From Massalongia carnosa (Eukaryota), in assembly GCA_965645245.1 (NCBI GenBank), contig OZ287073.1:310001-374000 (forward strand): a stretch of 64,000 nt of DNA, written 5' to 3'. The notes under the pieces were generated by a model. That model saw nothing but the letters and a program-made list of their open reading frames with translations, was not told the DNA's origin and searched no databases. Both the position numbers and the translations under genes were made by a program. This document shows positions 22,042 through 36,370 of the stretch, in pieces; position 1 is the stretch's first letter; each line of letters starts with the position of its first letter.

Positions 22042-24109
22042 AACAGTTATATTCTACCGTACCTAAAGTGGAATTAAGCATATGGGATAGGAGTGAACAT
22101 CACAGGGTCAATAGCTGGGTTTTGAGGACTGATGATTGAAGAACTGCGAGGAAAGGTCAACGGGTGGATCAAGACTCGATTGTCTCAAAGAGCGCGAACA
22201 TGAGTGACGGCAACGATTTTAATGTTCATTTCGTGATACGCTGTGTCTCACCTATTGATATTAAAGAAGAACTTGGATATCATTGAAGAGTTATAGGAAA
22301 AACTGACATGTGAAGAAAACTACGCCCATTTGATCAGGAACCTTCGTCTATCAAACGACCGAGAGGGAGCTGACAACTCAAGATTTAGACTCTGTTGAGG
22401 CAGTCTCAGTCATTCCTTGAATGATGAAGATGGAAAAACGCTCATATCTTTCGTAAGTGAAGTTCACTATCATTTTCATGAGAAATACACAAACACGGCA
22501 CTTGCGGGCGGAAATGACGCTGATATCGTGAAAGCAATAGTTTAATCACGCCGGGCAAAACGTTATGAATACTCCTAGCCTGACGCATATTTGAGCATTG
22601 TGATGACAGCAACTAGGCGAACAACCCGGAAGCTTCAATCATGAACCTGTTGATGTTAGTCTATGTTAGCCTAACTAGATTGTGGTCAGGCAGTTGATGA
22701 CTGCGATTATCTCGATTAGGCTAGCTTGCATTCCTAGGAGTTTAGGTAAAATTTCTGCCGATGATAAACAGAAGAACTATTCCTTCTAAATATTCGTATC
22801 ATGCATTCAAGTGATCAATTCACCTTAATAGTCCTTTCAACATTTGTCGAGCTGACAATGGCGAGAGAGATGTTGGATATTAATCTTTGGTACTTCCCGC
22901 GACTGTCTGAGAGAGGCCCCGCCGTCTGAGAAGTCGAGGCATTGGCGTCTCATCCTCAGATATATGAGGGCGATTAGCCTCTGAAGAGTACGAAGAAATC
23001 AGAATAATAGGTGATAACCACGACCTCATCACCAAAATTTCAAGGACTTATGACAACAACGGCACAGAGAGGATCCGGGGGAAAAGACGGTGCTCACCTT
23101 AAATGAAGGGGCTACCGGCGGATTGAATCGATTTCTTGAACATCGCTCCCGGCGACGTAGTCTCAGCGTGAGCGCCCGGCAAGATACAATTTCAGCACCG
23201 AAGTATGAAGCGAATAACGAGAGAATAACTAGGAGCTGGCGTGAAAGAGTGGAAAGGCCTGCAGCAGGTCTCCTATCGGTGTGCTTATAAGGTCATAACG
23301 GAGAAGGTTCGGGACTTATCGCTGAAAGACGGCATCGCGAAAGTTGTGTCAGGAAGTATTAAATCGAGTAGCATGAGCTTTGGAGCTATGGAAGGCCATT
23401 GGGCGCGCCTAAAGAGTATTCAAGGCCAATGACTTGCTCTATCGACTTCTACTAAATGACTACCAAATGTAGTCCAAACTAATGAAGCTTTAACTTGACT
23501 AATCGAAGAAGAGTAGCGATGTCTTCTGAATGATGAACCATAAATCACTGAACACACTTGGATCGACTGCGCAATCGCCCAGAGCATATGGAATGCTTTC
23601 CCAGAGGCCTATCACGAAGCGACTAAGTAGAATCCGAGCGGTGAAGTCAACCAACCGCAGGGACTTGATCGGCCTGTTCGCACTGGGTCAAGGGCTCACC
23701 GATAAATTCGACCTGGTAAGAGGATATATCCTTTACTCCGAAGCGATCTGGCAGATCTAGAAACTGTATTGTTAAACCAATACAGGAATGAACCGAATAG
23801 CGGACGGCGATGGTACAGAATGATGATGAAACGAACCCTGGTGCTAAGCCTGAAACATGATGTAAAATTTGCCAACCGCCGGACTGTTATTAGGCGAAGT
23901 CTGCGCGTGATCAGCGCCGAGAAGAAACGAGCGAATGAATGTAAAGTCGAACCCCCCAATGAAATGCTGCCAGCAACTCCAGGTGTCAGCCGCGCTGGCT
24001 TACCTTCTCAGCCTCAGTCGAGTTGATACTCTCTTGCAGTTGTGTGTGTACACGAGTGTGCTACTGCACGTTTATCGTCAAACCCAGCACCTCCGCTAAG
24101 CCTCGCATT

Positions 24110-27100
24110 ATGGATGGCCTTTCGGGAGCAGCAAGTGTCATCGCTATCATCGACATATCCGCTAAAATCACCTCGCTCTGTTTGCAGTATTCAGCCGCCG
24201 TCAAGAATGCGAAGAAGGACATCGAACGCCTTCAAAGGAAGGTTAGCGACATCAAACACGTCCTCGAAGAAGTCAAGAAGCTATTGGATGGACGGGACAA
24301 AACGCGGCTTTTGACTACCCACAAGTTAACGGGCTCGCTCAAAGACTGCTTTGAGCAGCTAGAAGAGCTGAATTCGCAGCTGAAGTTCGGGAAGACTCGC
24401 AAGGCCATGAGCAGGTTTGGGGTTCGATCTTTGCAATGGCCTTTTACGAGCGAGAACGTGGAAAAGCTTGTCGCTAGTCTTGAAAGATACGAGCAGACCT
24501 ACAATCTAGCACTCCAAACGGACCAAACGTGAGTCCCTGAGCTCCTGAGTCTTGTTGCGGACGAGGGTGGCTGATAAGCTATGTAGGGGCATCATGCTAG
24601 ACGTTGATCAGAAGATGAACCTTGTTGACAAGAAGACCGACAACCTTCATCAGAAGATCGACTTCGCCAAACTGCCGGTCGCTAATGGAGCGTCATTCGA
24701 CTCGCACATGGAGGAGCACAGTGCAAGATGCCTTGCAAATACTAGAGTGGAGCTGCAGCGTCAAATTAAGGGATGGGCGAAGGACGGGCATGGCAAACCC
24801 ATATTCTGGTTAAACGGTATGGCTGGCACTGGAAAGTCTACGATTGCACGGACTGTTGCCCGGCTATTTGCCGATGAAGGTCAGCTTGGCGCAAGCTTTT
24901 TCTTCAAGAAAGGGGAGGGTGACCGGGGAACTGCAGGCAGATTCTTCACCACTATCGCCAAAGATCTGATGGCTCATGAACCAGGGTTAAAATCAGGCAT
25001 AGCGAAAGCAATCGATGCTGACCCAGGGATTTCCGATAAAGCTCTAAAAGAACAGTTCGAGAAGTTGATCCTCCAGCCACTCTCAGAACTGAGGCAGGCT
25101 CCTCCAAATGCATTGGGACTAGTTATCGTAATAGACGCGTTAGACGAGTGCGAGCGAGATGAAGATATAAAAGTAATCCTTCAACTTCTCGCACGAACTA
25201 AGTGTCTTAGGCCGATCTCGTTACGGGCTTTTGTAACGAGCAGACCGGAGCTCCCCATTCGTCTCGGCTTCAAGCAAATGTTAGACGGAACGTATCAGGA
25301 CCTAATTCTTCACGACATACCAAAAGAGACAATTGAACATGACATAACGCTCTTCTTAGAGCATGAACTCAGAGTGATAGGCGAGCAGCGCTCATTGCCC
25401 CCAGGCTGGCCTAGCAAGAATCAAATCCAGGCCCTAGTTGAGATGGCCATTCCCCTGTTTATCTTCGCTGCCACGGCCTGTCGATTTATTGAAGCCAAAC
25501 GAGACAATCCTAAAAAGCGCTTGGAGATCATTCTTCAGTATCAAACGACAAATCAGGTCTCCAAGCTGGATAGAACGTATCTTCCCATTCTAAATCAGTT
25601 ATTTGATGATAAAGACGAGGTAGACAAAGAGAGGAGAACTAGCGAATTCCGAGAATTAGTCGGGAGTATTGTTGTTCTGGAGAGTCCCCTCTCGATTGTC
25701 TCACTTGCACACCTCCTTAATATTCCTAAAGAGGATATTAGCTGCAGGCTAGACTTACTACACTCTGTGCTCAGCATCCCTGTTGACGAGGATATGCCCA
25801 TAAGGCTTCTACATTTATCTTTTCGTGACTTTCTCCTTGATACTCAAAAGCGTGGGAAGAGCCTGTTCTGGGTAGACGAGCGGGAAACGCATAAGAGGTT
25901 AGCTAGCAAATGCCTTCAACTAATGTCCAGTCCAAAGGGTCTAAGGCAAAACATGTGCAACTTAACGAGGCCTGGAACTCTAAGAAGCGAGCTCAATAAT
26001 CAGATAATAGACAATGCTTTGTCACTAGAAGTCCGATACGCCTGCCGCTATTGGGCGCACCACTTAAAGCAGAGTGAAGGCTGTATCCGTGACGGAGACC
26101 CAGTTCATGTATTTCTACAAAAGTACTTCCTTTACTGGCTAGAAGCTATGAGTCTTATGGGAGAGACATCCGATAGCATTCGTATAATTAACAGCCTGCA
26201 ACCGCTTACAGATGTAAATTATTATTAGGCCCTTTGTATTGGTTCCTATTCTTACTTGTCAATCTAGGCCGATAAAAGTGCCGCGATATCGGCTTTTCTT
26301 CACGATGGAAAGCGCTTTGCCCTGCGGAACAGATCAATACTAGAAGAGGCACCTCTACAACTATATTCTTCAGCCTTAATATTCGCTCCAGAGATGAGTA
26401 TAACACGGAAAACATTCGACGATCATATTCCTAAATGGATTACTAGAATACCAAAGGTGCAAAAAGATTGGAATGCCTTACTGCAGACGCTCGAGGGTCA
26501 CTCGAGCTCGATCATCGCTGTAGCCTTCTCGCCGGACGGCCAGCTGATAGCGTCTGCCTCGTTCGACAACACGATCCGGCTCTGGGACGCAGGTACAGGG
26601 TCTTGCCGCAGCACGCTCGAGGGTCACTCAAGATGGATCAGCGCTGTAGCCTTCTCGCCGGACGGCCAGCTGATAGCGTCTGCCTCGCGCGACAAGACGA
26701 TCCGGCTCTGGGACGCAGGTACAGGGTCTTGCCGCAGCACGCTCGAGGGTCACTCGGGCTGGGTCAGCGATGTAGCCTTCTCGCCGGACGGCCAGCTGAT
26801 AGCGTCTGCCTCGGGCGACAACACGATCCGGCTCTGGGACGCAGGTACAGGGTCTTGCCGCAGCACGCTCGAGGGTCACTCGGGCTGGGTCAGCGATGTA
26901 GCCTTCTCGCCGGACGGCCAGCTGATAGCGTCTGCCTCGTACGACAACACGATCCGGCTCTGGGACGCAGGTACAGGGTCTTGCCGCAGCACGCTCGAGG
27001 GTCACTCGAAATCGGTCAACGCTGTAGCCTTCTCGCCGGACGGCCAGCTGATAGCGTCTGCCTCGGGCGACAACACGATCCGGCTCTGGGACGCAGGTAC

Positions 27101-27551
27101 AGGGTCTTGCCGCAGCACGCTCGAGGGTCACTCGGGCTGGGTCAGCGATGTAGCCTTCTCGCCGGACGGCCAGCTGATAGCGTCTGCCTCGGGCGACAAC
27201 ACGATCCGGCTCTGGGACGCAGGTACAGGGTCTTGCCGCAGCACGCTTTTGACTGAAAAAATAATTAGCACTCTATCCTTTTCTCCAGATGGTTCACAAC
27301 TAAAGACGAATAGTGGGCAAATCTCCATTCCTTTATATCTCCATAGTGCTCCTTTCCGTCAGAAAAAAGAGCTATGTTCTATCTTTGTTGAAGATCAATG
27401 GATAGCTTTTAAAGAACAACGTTTTCTTTGGCTTCCATCCGACTATCGATCGATATGTTCAGCTATTTACGGGAACGTTATCTGTTTGGGACATGCATCC
27501 GGTCATCTTACCTTTCTCGAGTTTAATTTTGAAGGCGAACTCCTATGTTAG
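24110..27551 (+). CDS. Fungal NLR (STAND): HeLo-like/SesA-type N-terminus, NACHT, WD40 (HET-E/HNWD-like); about 1109 aa; introns 24529-24586 and 26214-26267
   Basis: MDGLSGAASVIAIIDIS N-terminus, Walker A GMAGTGKST, Walker B IVIDALDEC, VTSRPE, LHLSFRDFL. Both introns are GT..AG and splice in frame. Confidence 0.93.
26487..27248 (+). repeat. Six near-identical 126-bp WD40 units
   Basis: Units start at 26487, 26613, 26739, 26865, 26991 and 27117. Confidence 0.97.
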
Positions 27552-27941
27552 AACTAGTCTAAGCGATTATTAAGTATATCATTCAATAATACATCTGTTA
27601 ATATATCTTAGTGTTCTCTTTATAATCTCTATTGCAGAGAGAGGTTTGGGGGACCTTAGATATTTATATTGAAAGAGGCGTGCTTCTAGCATCTTCTAGA
27701 TGTTTCGTTATGGGGCTCTAAAACCTATACTGATAGCGGGTTCGGGAGTCACATTTTTCGGAGAGGCCTTGGCGGGGGTCAGGTGAAAGTCTCTTCTCTC
27801 CTTTATATATAAAATTATGCAATCACATAAATGTTAAATATGCGAATTTTTACAAGAATTTCTATCTTTAAGAATATTACAAATCGCATTTGAGTTGATT
27901 AAATTATTTTGAAAAAATAACTAATAAACACTTCAAAAAAA

Positions 27942-27970
27942 TGTTGAATGTTCAACTTCTACCAACAAAG
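27942..27970 (+). repeat. 5' fragment of a Copia A-family LTR
   Basis: TGTTGAATGTTCAACTTCTACCA is identical to the start of the 6977 LTR, then diverges. Confidence 0.7.
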
Positions 27971-29238
27971 CATCGTAGATGGACCAAATTAGACTTAACT
28001 ACAGGAGGCTCTTGGACACCGTTACAATATCGAACGCCCTGACGATTTGACGCTACCGGACTCTGGAGAGGTGAAAGTGTTCGGTCTGCAAACGGCGAAA
28101 AAGATGGCGCATCGTAGGTTTCTCATCCATGCGGTTGATGCTGTCAGCAATGGCTGGGGTGAAGGGCCTAAGTTGGTGCTATCGAAATGCGGCAAAGAAG
28201 TCGAGTGGGCTGGAGGCAAGGCTTGAGATGGAGATTCAGAGTGAAAACTGTTATCGGAGTGTGAGAAAGGGCGCGGAAGGGGAGAACGATGGTTACGTTA
28301 CTTTGAAAGATCGAATTTAGGAAAGAAAGAGCAGCGATTGTTTGTTATACCCTAGCTTTTGTATTTGCATTGGTAGCATTGATCCTTGAAGACAATGCAA
28401 TTCCTCATGCAAGCCAGCTGTGTCTTCATGGGGGTTGAGTTCGAGTGATATTCTGTAAAAGATTGAAGCGGGAGAAATTATTAATGACCGCTTCAGGGAG
28501 CACAGTTGACTGCTGCCCGTATAGCTTCCTCCTCGAGCGAAAGCCACGCGACAACACTTGAGCGATCTTCATATTCTCGTTCTCCGGAGTTTGCCTCGAC
28601 CATTCCATGGAAGCAGCTCGAGTGCTAACTATCATATTTTAGTCCTCACATGGATTACACCCAACCGAATGGCGGATCACATTCTTTGATGCAGCCCCCT
28701 GAAGTTACATCTTTAACGTGCAAGCAAATAAAACGCCTGGTTCATCCTGTTAACCGCAAGCTTGACGGCGCGAACGGTTACGATTATGAACAAACAAACA
28801 ATTCTAGCCAGCTATTGCTGAATACTTACTACGGCTTCGGATCGATCAGTCCTTGCTGTGTTATAGAATAAGCTGCTGATGGCGTTGATCTATCAAGCCT
28901 CTCGAGTAGATTTGTCACCGCCATCGTGATCCCCTAGGTGCTGGCTACTCTAGAGTTCTAGCATCTTAGTAGACTTGCTATCTAAAGGATTTACTCACCC
29001 ATTTCTATTGTTTTGGCCTTCTTCTTGCTATTGCTTGCCTCAACAGTATCCGGTGTCCTGGGTGTTGTAATTGCACATGATAAGTCCCGCGCGATGTTAC
29101 CCTCTCCTGCGAGACGTTGTGGAAGGATGAATTGGGTGGTGTGCGTGGTCCACTACTGCTAGGAGTGCAATAGAACAAACAAATAAGAGAAGAACAAGAC
29201 AATAGAATGAGAACAATAGCTAGACTGGTCACTGTATG

Positions 29239-29279
29239 CCTCACGCCTCGCGCCTCGTGCCTCGTGCCTCGTGCCTGTG
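29239..29279 (+). repeat. 7-bp minisatellite (CCTCGTG)n
   Basis: CCTCACG CCTCGCG CCTCGTG CCTCGTG CCTCGTG CCTGTG. Confidence 0.8.
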
Positions 29280-31172
29280 AACTGTATGTGTTGATGCTAT
29301 TCTGCGAGCATGCTTGCTCTGTGTCTAAAGGAAAAGAACTATCTATATCCAAATGTCACCTGACTTCCCCACGACCTTGCCAGGCCTCAGTCGGACAAAC
29401 CAACACCCGAACCACTAGCAATTTGAATTTTAATCATCGTTCCACCCCTACAACGTGAAAAGAAAGGGGAGGAAATTTGTCTGGTAAGTTTATAACGGTT
29501 CTTTTTGAAAGTTAAGATTGCGCCAACTAACGTTGTTGTATTGGTAAAAAATATCGAAACGAATAAAGCTCCATATCTGGATAGCCGGTTGGACGTCAGT
29601 CAATAAAAACAACGTTAACGTAAATGAGAGCTTGGCTGCTTCAGTAGCTGATCATGAAAATCCGACGTGTAGACATGAATTTGTGGTAACAGCTTCATCC
29701 TGCTATTAAGATTAATACTCACCGTTCAGCCACCTTTGCCCACTCAAAGCGCTATTGCACTTTTTGAGCGTGCAGGCACATCAAATAACATTTATGGATC
29801 CCTGATACGAGAAGGTTCCGAATTTGAACCGCAGTCCTCTTCTTACCTCTGTAAACGCCGCAAATATTCCAGCAGGTCACCGATTCGTCCAGCCATAATC
29901 CTCTAACAGTTTGAAAGCCTTGAGTGAAGAATATCTCAAGCTGAGTGATATAATTTTTTATCCAGATGACCTAGTCAAAGCCGGCGAAAACTTCCTTCAT
30001 GTGTCAAGGTCATATGTCGCTAAGAAAGCAGATTTGAGACTGACTTGAACGATGCACACCACAATCGCCAGGTCGAGAGGGAGACCCATGCCATAGCTCT
30101 GCAAAAACTCTTCCACGAAATCCAGTCTCTTAAATCCGAATACGCAGCATTGACTATTTCCGAAGCCGCTCCTCGCGAACCTCTCTGAATCGCCTCTGAA
30201 TCGTCCTGCCCATGCACCACTCTAGTGAAAACGAAAGCTCAGCTAGCATCCTTGCACCAAGTCCACTCTCAGATGAAGATGGATATTGCGAAGCTGACTG
30301 CACATGGCTCCGCTTCATCCAATTACGAAGCTGTGCAGGAACAGCATCTGAAGCTGACAAGCAAGTATTGAGTACTTCAATCAAAACATGGAAGAAATAG
30401 GAATGAAGACTATGATAAGATGGGGAGCCCAGATGGGAGAATTAATTCTAATGCTGGGAAATAGCGTTGAGCATGTCAGAGGCCAACGCGAAGAGGTTGA
30501 AAAGATGATGAAAGCGTTATACACGTTTGTGAACATTGATTCCGTGAATAGGCCGATCATAAGTGACAAGGGAGCTCATTGATGGCAAGAGATTGATGGC
30601 GAGGGAGATACTAAAGGTATTGTGGGGAAATGCTGAGAATATTGATACATTATATCCTGTCAAGGTTGCTAGCGTGCCGTTGGGAGAAGTGGAGAACGTT
30701 GACAAGTTGTATCCTGCTCCATTGAGATAAGTGGAGAATTCGAATATATTATATTCTGACAGGTTGACTGAAGTGCCGTTAACATAATTGGAGATCTGCG
30801 CACTACTTCTACATGAAGTGTCAAAACACCGCACCAGGAAACAAGACCTACTAGCTTTGCCAATACTAGTCCACCTATTAGCCCACTTTTGCAGGAATTT
30901 CGGCGCTACTTGATGGCGTGTCAAAACATGCAATTGGTCTGGTGCCGGCCGGGTCACAGCCTCTACGGGTCTTGCCTGGCTTGGTTGTAGAATGGAAATG
31001 AGGGTAGACGTCTCGGAATCGCATGCGGTAGTTGTTAAGGTGCCTGGGGCTTGGAATCCTTATAAGAGGTATGAGGACTGTTAGAAGATATCGATAGATG
31101 ATACTTACCTGAAGAAACCAAGCCATTCCTACTCCAACCCCACGCACTCCGCCAGCGCTAGCGCTAGAAACA

Positions 31173-31480
31173 TCATAAGTCTTCTGTCTTCTGCAACGTA
31201 GCGCTCCTGATAACATCTTGAAGGATCCTATGTCCCTGCTTTAGCTTCCTAATTCTATCTCCAAAAAACTCTCTCTGCCTCTTGGCCGACGCAGGCTCTG
31301 ACGCAATGATCTTCATCTTAGAATCTGACAAAGCGTCGACGCAAGGTACATCGTCCGAGACCTCAACTAGCTTATGTTTTGCTTCAACTTTCTGATAGGC
31401 TGGGGACCTTCCATACATAGTAGGCGCTTCGACACTGAAGTGGTTGATTGCCTAACTGAACGCCTTGGTGCGAGGATGAT
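31173..31480 (-). pseudogene. C-terminal (GED-like) remnant of a dynamin-family GTPase
   Basis: VDALSDSKMKIIASEPASAKRQREFFGDRIRKLKQGHRIL resembles fungal dynamin-like GED ends; no GTPase domain is present. Confidence 0.5.
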
Positions 31481-32099
31481 TTATTATTTGAGCGCGGAGC
31501 ATCTTGCTAGAGGACAACCCCTCTGACGTTCTACGGCACAGCAGTTTTCTGCATTTTAGAGCGAATTGGGATCGCTGAACGTACACCTGCAATGGTTGTC
31601 AGTCCCGACGACAGGCCGGATCAAGCAGCATTGTGGGCGGTGATTGTTTAAACCCGATTAAATTTGAGATAGCGTAATCCACTCATATCGCTGATCGCTG
31701 AGTCCAAAGCATCGATAGTGTGAATGTATATAGATAGGAGAGACTTCCCCAGCGAGAATGAAGAGCAATGAAGGAGTTCATAATGTATACTGGCAGCTTG
31801 GTTTTAACAGCTATCCTGCTCTGCTCTGTTTTCTTCGCTCTTTCTTTCGCCTTCCGTCAACACGTTGACGGAATCGTCAATCAATCACAGGAAAAGCCAT
31901 CTACTCGCATATTCGAGAAGTATGTCATGTTATCTCCGAACTGTCGATGGATATTCTCGGCATCAAACCTGATATTTCCCTCTCAATCGGCCTCTCATTT
32001 TACATCGCAAGGATAATAGTCAATATCGCAAGTGAGAGCATTTGAACACTGACCTCGCGGTACTTAATCTCCACGGTCATTATTGAATCCTATGACGAT

Positions 32100-32590
32100 C
32101 TCTATTCTGGTTTCATGTATTGGGTTACTGAGCAGCGCATGGTCAAAACCGCACGCTCCCTGCAGGCCAGGGCTAATGTGGTGCTTCCATGGGATTACTG
32201 GGATAATATGAAGAGCAACATCGATCCGAGTAACAGCTTTGAACTTAGCGATTGGGAACTCAAAGTGCCTCCGACATATCAACCAGACTATGGAACATAT
32301 TTTTGCTGACATGATATAAGACCGCTCTGGATTGGCCGATGCAAGGAGCAGCTCTCATTGATTGAAGGGTCTGCAAGAGAGGACAAGATTCGGTTGATTT
32401 GCATTGGTCGGTCCACCAAACCCATTAAAGACCTGATCCAGTACTGCCGTTGGAGTGATAATGAGAAGCAGAAAGCCAGCACCGTTATTCGTTACCCCTT
32501 ATCTAAAAATATGAGGGCAGCAGACCGGCCACCTTGGGCACCTAGAACTTTCAGACGTTCTAGACCTTTGGATACGATCAGCTTGAATAA
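32100..32590 (+). pseudogene. BCS1-like AAA ATPase N-terminal remnant
   Basis: MYWVTEQR, YQPDYGTYFC*H, IRLICIGRSTKPIKDLI, W...RRSRPLDTISL; the sequence stops before any AAA domain. Confidence 0.6.
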
Positions 32591-32631
32591 ATCTTGCAGG
32601 ACCTTAGTATTGCCCCATGCGGGTGAAAAAA

Positions 32632-32680
32632 AAAGATGCAACGTTGGGCCGAGGTTAACCCCTGATCACCCCACCAACAA
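32632..32680 (+). repeat. Isolated Tc1-like TIR fragment
   Basis: CATGCGGGTGAAAAAAAAAG resembles CACGCGGGTGAAAAAAAAAT in the left TIR at 46629. It lies where the BCS1 remnant ends. Confidence 0.45.
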
Positions 32681-35233
32681 AATCACATCTTTTCTATTTT
32701 CTACTACATCATGCCTTCTAAACGTGGTGCTATTCATTCTGTGTGTAAATAATGATGTTTGTGAATTTGACGGGGGGATTGGAAGGGTAAGAGACTCGGC
32801 AACATGTGTCCCCACAGCAGCTATTTAGCAGAGCACAATTCGTGATCATCACTTGATCAAGTCCTACTCCCTCCCTCCAATGCATGTAGGTATCTTTCTA
32901 CCTCCCAGAGTGACACTACTCTGCAAGCTACCGTTTAAATCCTTTCTATTTTATTCCGTCACATGGTGGGGAGGATCGCGCCCACGTGCTCTAGTGCTGG
33001 GGCGGCTGATACTGGAGCTAGAGCGTTTGATGTTGATGCTGGAGAGCTGGTATTGATGCTGGAGTTGGGTCTGGAATTAGCTTACGCTAGATAGCAGGCT
33101 AAGCCCAATTTATCTAGTGATTACTACAACTTGACTGCGAAGATCCTACTCTAGATCCGAGTTGATTGTTGCCTGCCGTTTTAAGTCGTTCGTTGTTGGG
33201 GGTATGGCATGGCCACCAAGTTGGCCTCCATGCTGGCATAACAGGTGGCCTAGGGTGGTTGAGGTGGACATGCTGCTGGTATGGCGGATTCCTTCATCGT
33301 CGAACTCGCGAAACACGTCTAAAAATCGTCCCCGTAACTCCGGCCTCACGATCCTCGCTCTACTCAAGGAGGTGCTAGACTAGCCCCACAGGCTAGAGAG
33401 CAGAGCACAAAGAGCAAATCCCCTTCAGCATATCTAAGCAACAGCCAGCAAAGGCGAGCTAGCGGCGAGGGAAGGAAACTTCGCTCAGTGGTATCTAGGA
33501 ACACTATTAATACGTCTATCGTTGAAAGGATTATCCTAAGGTAGGCACAGGTGAAGTACTAAACGAAGCAGCAGATGAACAGTAGGTGAAGTAGTGCATT
33601 TGTCAATTCATGTATTATATACCTGTTGCTTGATTAATTAACTGCTTACTTTATTTGCTGTCCAACTACTACTTAATCTGCTGTCCACTTAATTTGCTGT
33701 CCATTCGCTCTCCATCTTCTGTCATCTGTTACTTCGTCGCTGGCGGGCTTCTACTGCTTCGTGGATGTTAATCTATTTCTTTCTTTATTTTCGTATTTCC
33801 TATCGTATATTATATTTCATACATTGACCACCACTTTATGTTTCTTATGATATAAATACACTCAATACCCGCTTAGCTGCGGTATAGGTCTCTTTGCCTC
33901 AAAAATTCCTGTTATGGGGGTCAGAAACTTCAGCTTCTTCAAATGATTTACTTCAGTAATCACAGGCATCGGATTCAAATAAGATCTGTTCGGAATCATT
34001 AGTGTCCCCGAAGTTGAGGTAAGAAATTACTTGATAGATTTAGTCAAAAATCTGGTTAAGAAGTACATTTAGGATGAAAGCTGCATCAATCTGCTTGCTC
34101 ATGCTCAACATGGCGAATCGCTGAAACAATGAAATGAACGGAGAAAGATTTAGGCTTGACTTTTGACTATCATGTGATTAAGAATAACCCGGCTTCTTTC
34201 GAGGGTCTAATTTTAGGACATTCATTGGCACTGACTTAATTGGTCGTGGAAGCTTGTCTAATGTCAAGAAGTTCTTGTGCATAGTGTATATCTCACCGGA
34301 TAAAACGAACATCACAGTATAGAGAAGAAACGATTGCAATGATCGAAGGAGCGGAATGAAAAACTTTTTCCTATCTCGAGCGATGTATGCCGATTGCAGA
34401 ACATATGTTCTACATCGCTCGGCATCTCCACGTGTCAAGTCAAATATCCTTCGAGAACCACGCGCCCTGGGGGGCAGGTAGCGCCGTCATTGGTGGAGCA
34501 GCGCAACCTAACCGTCCAGGGGGGGATGAAGTGATGGAGAAGGCCCAGAAGCTCACAATGGCGTCGAACTGCTTAGGGGACCCCCAACATGGTGGTGCTG
34601 CGGGATGCCGGTCAAGTTCGTGAAACTGCCTTACAGCAGCTCAATCTAGCCCACGAAGCCCGCCGCCTGCACGATGCGGTGGGTGGAGGTCAGCACGTCG
34701 GTGGAGATGTCTACCGCCATCACCGATCCTTCCCCCTCCTCACCGCTGGTGTCCTACATCGCGGATTTATCTTCCATTCCCCATGCGCTCGAGTAAGTCC
34801 AGAAATCCAACAAACAGGACGGGCTGAATACTGAGCAATAGAAAGCTAGGTGGCTACGTACGCAAGGCTAATCTAGTCAGGACTTATAGCGTATATAACG
34901 ACGATAGTATGAACAACTTTGGTGTACAGTGAAAGGCTGCATCGTGCCTGATGCTACCTATGCTGTTGCCTGGGCTACTTTGCATCTCATGCCCTAGTTT
35001 ATGCTATCGGAGGGCTGGAGATAGGGCGATTAGCGATTAAGATTGCTCTGACTACCATACGTACACTTCGTTCAATTTAGACCTTTTATCGCCTTCATGT
35101 CTCTATCACGCTCGTTCTCGCCTCTAGCAAAATAGAACGTACTTAGGTGTGGCTCAATTTTCAACCTAACAGTTTGCTAACGCCTTCTTCCGCTACAAGC
35201 CCTTTCATCCGACTTCGTCGTCCTAACAGTACA

Positions 35234-36370
35234 ATGACATCAGTGACAGACCATGCCTAACAGAAGAACGCGTCTACGACCACGGAGCCGGTTGGCCAGT
35301 CCGGCCATCGTTATATCATCCAGCGAGTCCTCCAAGAGAAAGGAAATCCGCCGCGTCGCGTCGGTCTTGCTATGTACGTGCTCCTGAAATTCGACGACTG
35401 ACGCTATTTAACTTGCTAGCCTCTGTCGACCTAGCGCTAAAAACTAGAAATTTATATTGAAAGACGTCTCCTAGTCTGATTTGAAGCATTTTCAGGATAT
35501 TTACTACGGCCTGCGCAACTGCACTTATCTCCGCTTATCTTAAGACACGATCCTGGAGCGGCCGATATTTCTTTACAAATAATTCACAGACGATCTTCTA
35601 GGCCTCGCCCGAGAGGACTTATCGATCGTGCCTATAAAACAAAATCCTCAAAGACACATTACGCGGACTTGTGCGCTGCACGATCAGAACATTGTTCATT
35701 GTGATAAACTAGGCTCCTTCTGTCTATGGGGCTGATACTCTGCAGATAGCAAAGCGAATAATATCTTGGTCGAGCGGAAGAAGGATCATCACGGAATGGT
35801 TATTGAACAGGTTCAGCTCGCCGATATTGAAGACGCTGCATATATACCTCCTGGAAGCGATGTTACCGGTAAACAGATGGGCAACTGAGTGTGGCGGAGC
35901 CCGGAAGCACATGATCAAGGCCGCGTTAACAAGTACTCCGATATATTCTCTTTCAGTGTTGTTGTAAGTCACCAAGTCTACCATCCCTCGAATTTTAGAG
36001 TGGCTGTTCACTAGTGTCATCATGCAGTGCATTTATGCAGTGTTCAAGCGAGTCATCTTCGCCGTCGACGAAGAGGAGCTGGCTGACGGTGAGGAGCCAT
36101 TAGCAGTCGTCCTCGAGCGCCAGATCTCTTAGTTTGCGGACAAGGACGGACTGAATGGGCTCTTGAAGCATCTTGGCGACAGTCCTTGATGCGAGGTTCT
36201 TAAAGTTATTCAGGACAGCTTTAACAAGGCTAACCCGTGTAAGCCGTTCTCGTTGTGGAAAGGCGCCAACACGGACTTCAAAGATCTTATTGGTGGTTTG
36301 AATCCAGCGAAGAGGCTCACGGCGCACGAGGCATTGGCACATAGTGGTTTGGGGACGTTTGAGCTGATAG
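35234..36370 (+). pseudogene. Ser/Thr protein kinase pseudogene
   Basis: ALHDQNIVHCD, VQLADIEDAA, GN*VWRSPEAH, DIFSFSVV, LNPAKRLTAHEALAH; multiple stops and intron remnants. Confidence 0.8.

Noticed and set aside
22129..22160. Second CTGATGA...GAAA motif
   Set aside because: No convincing flanking helices.
26468..27256. Repetitive alternative-frame and antisense ORFs
   Set aside because: By-products of the 126-bp WD40 repeats.
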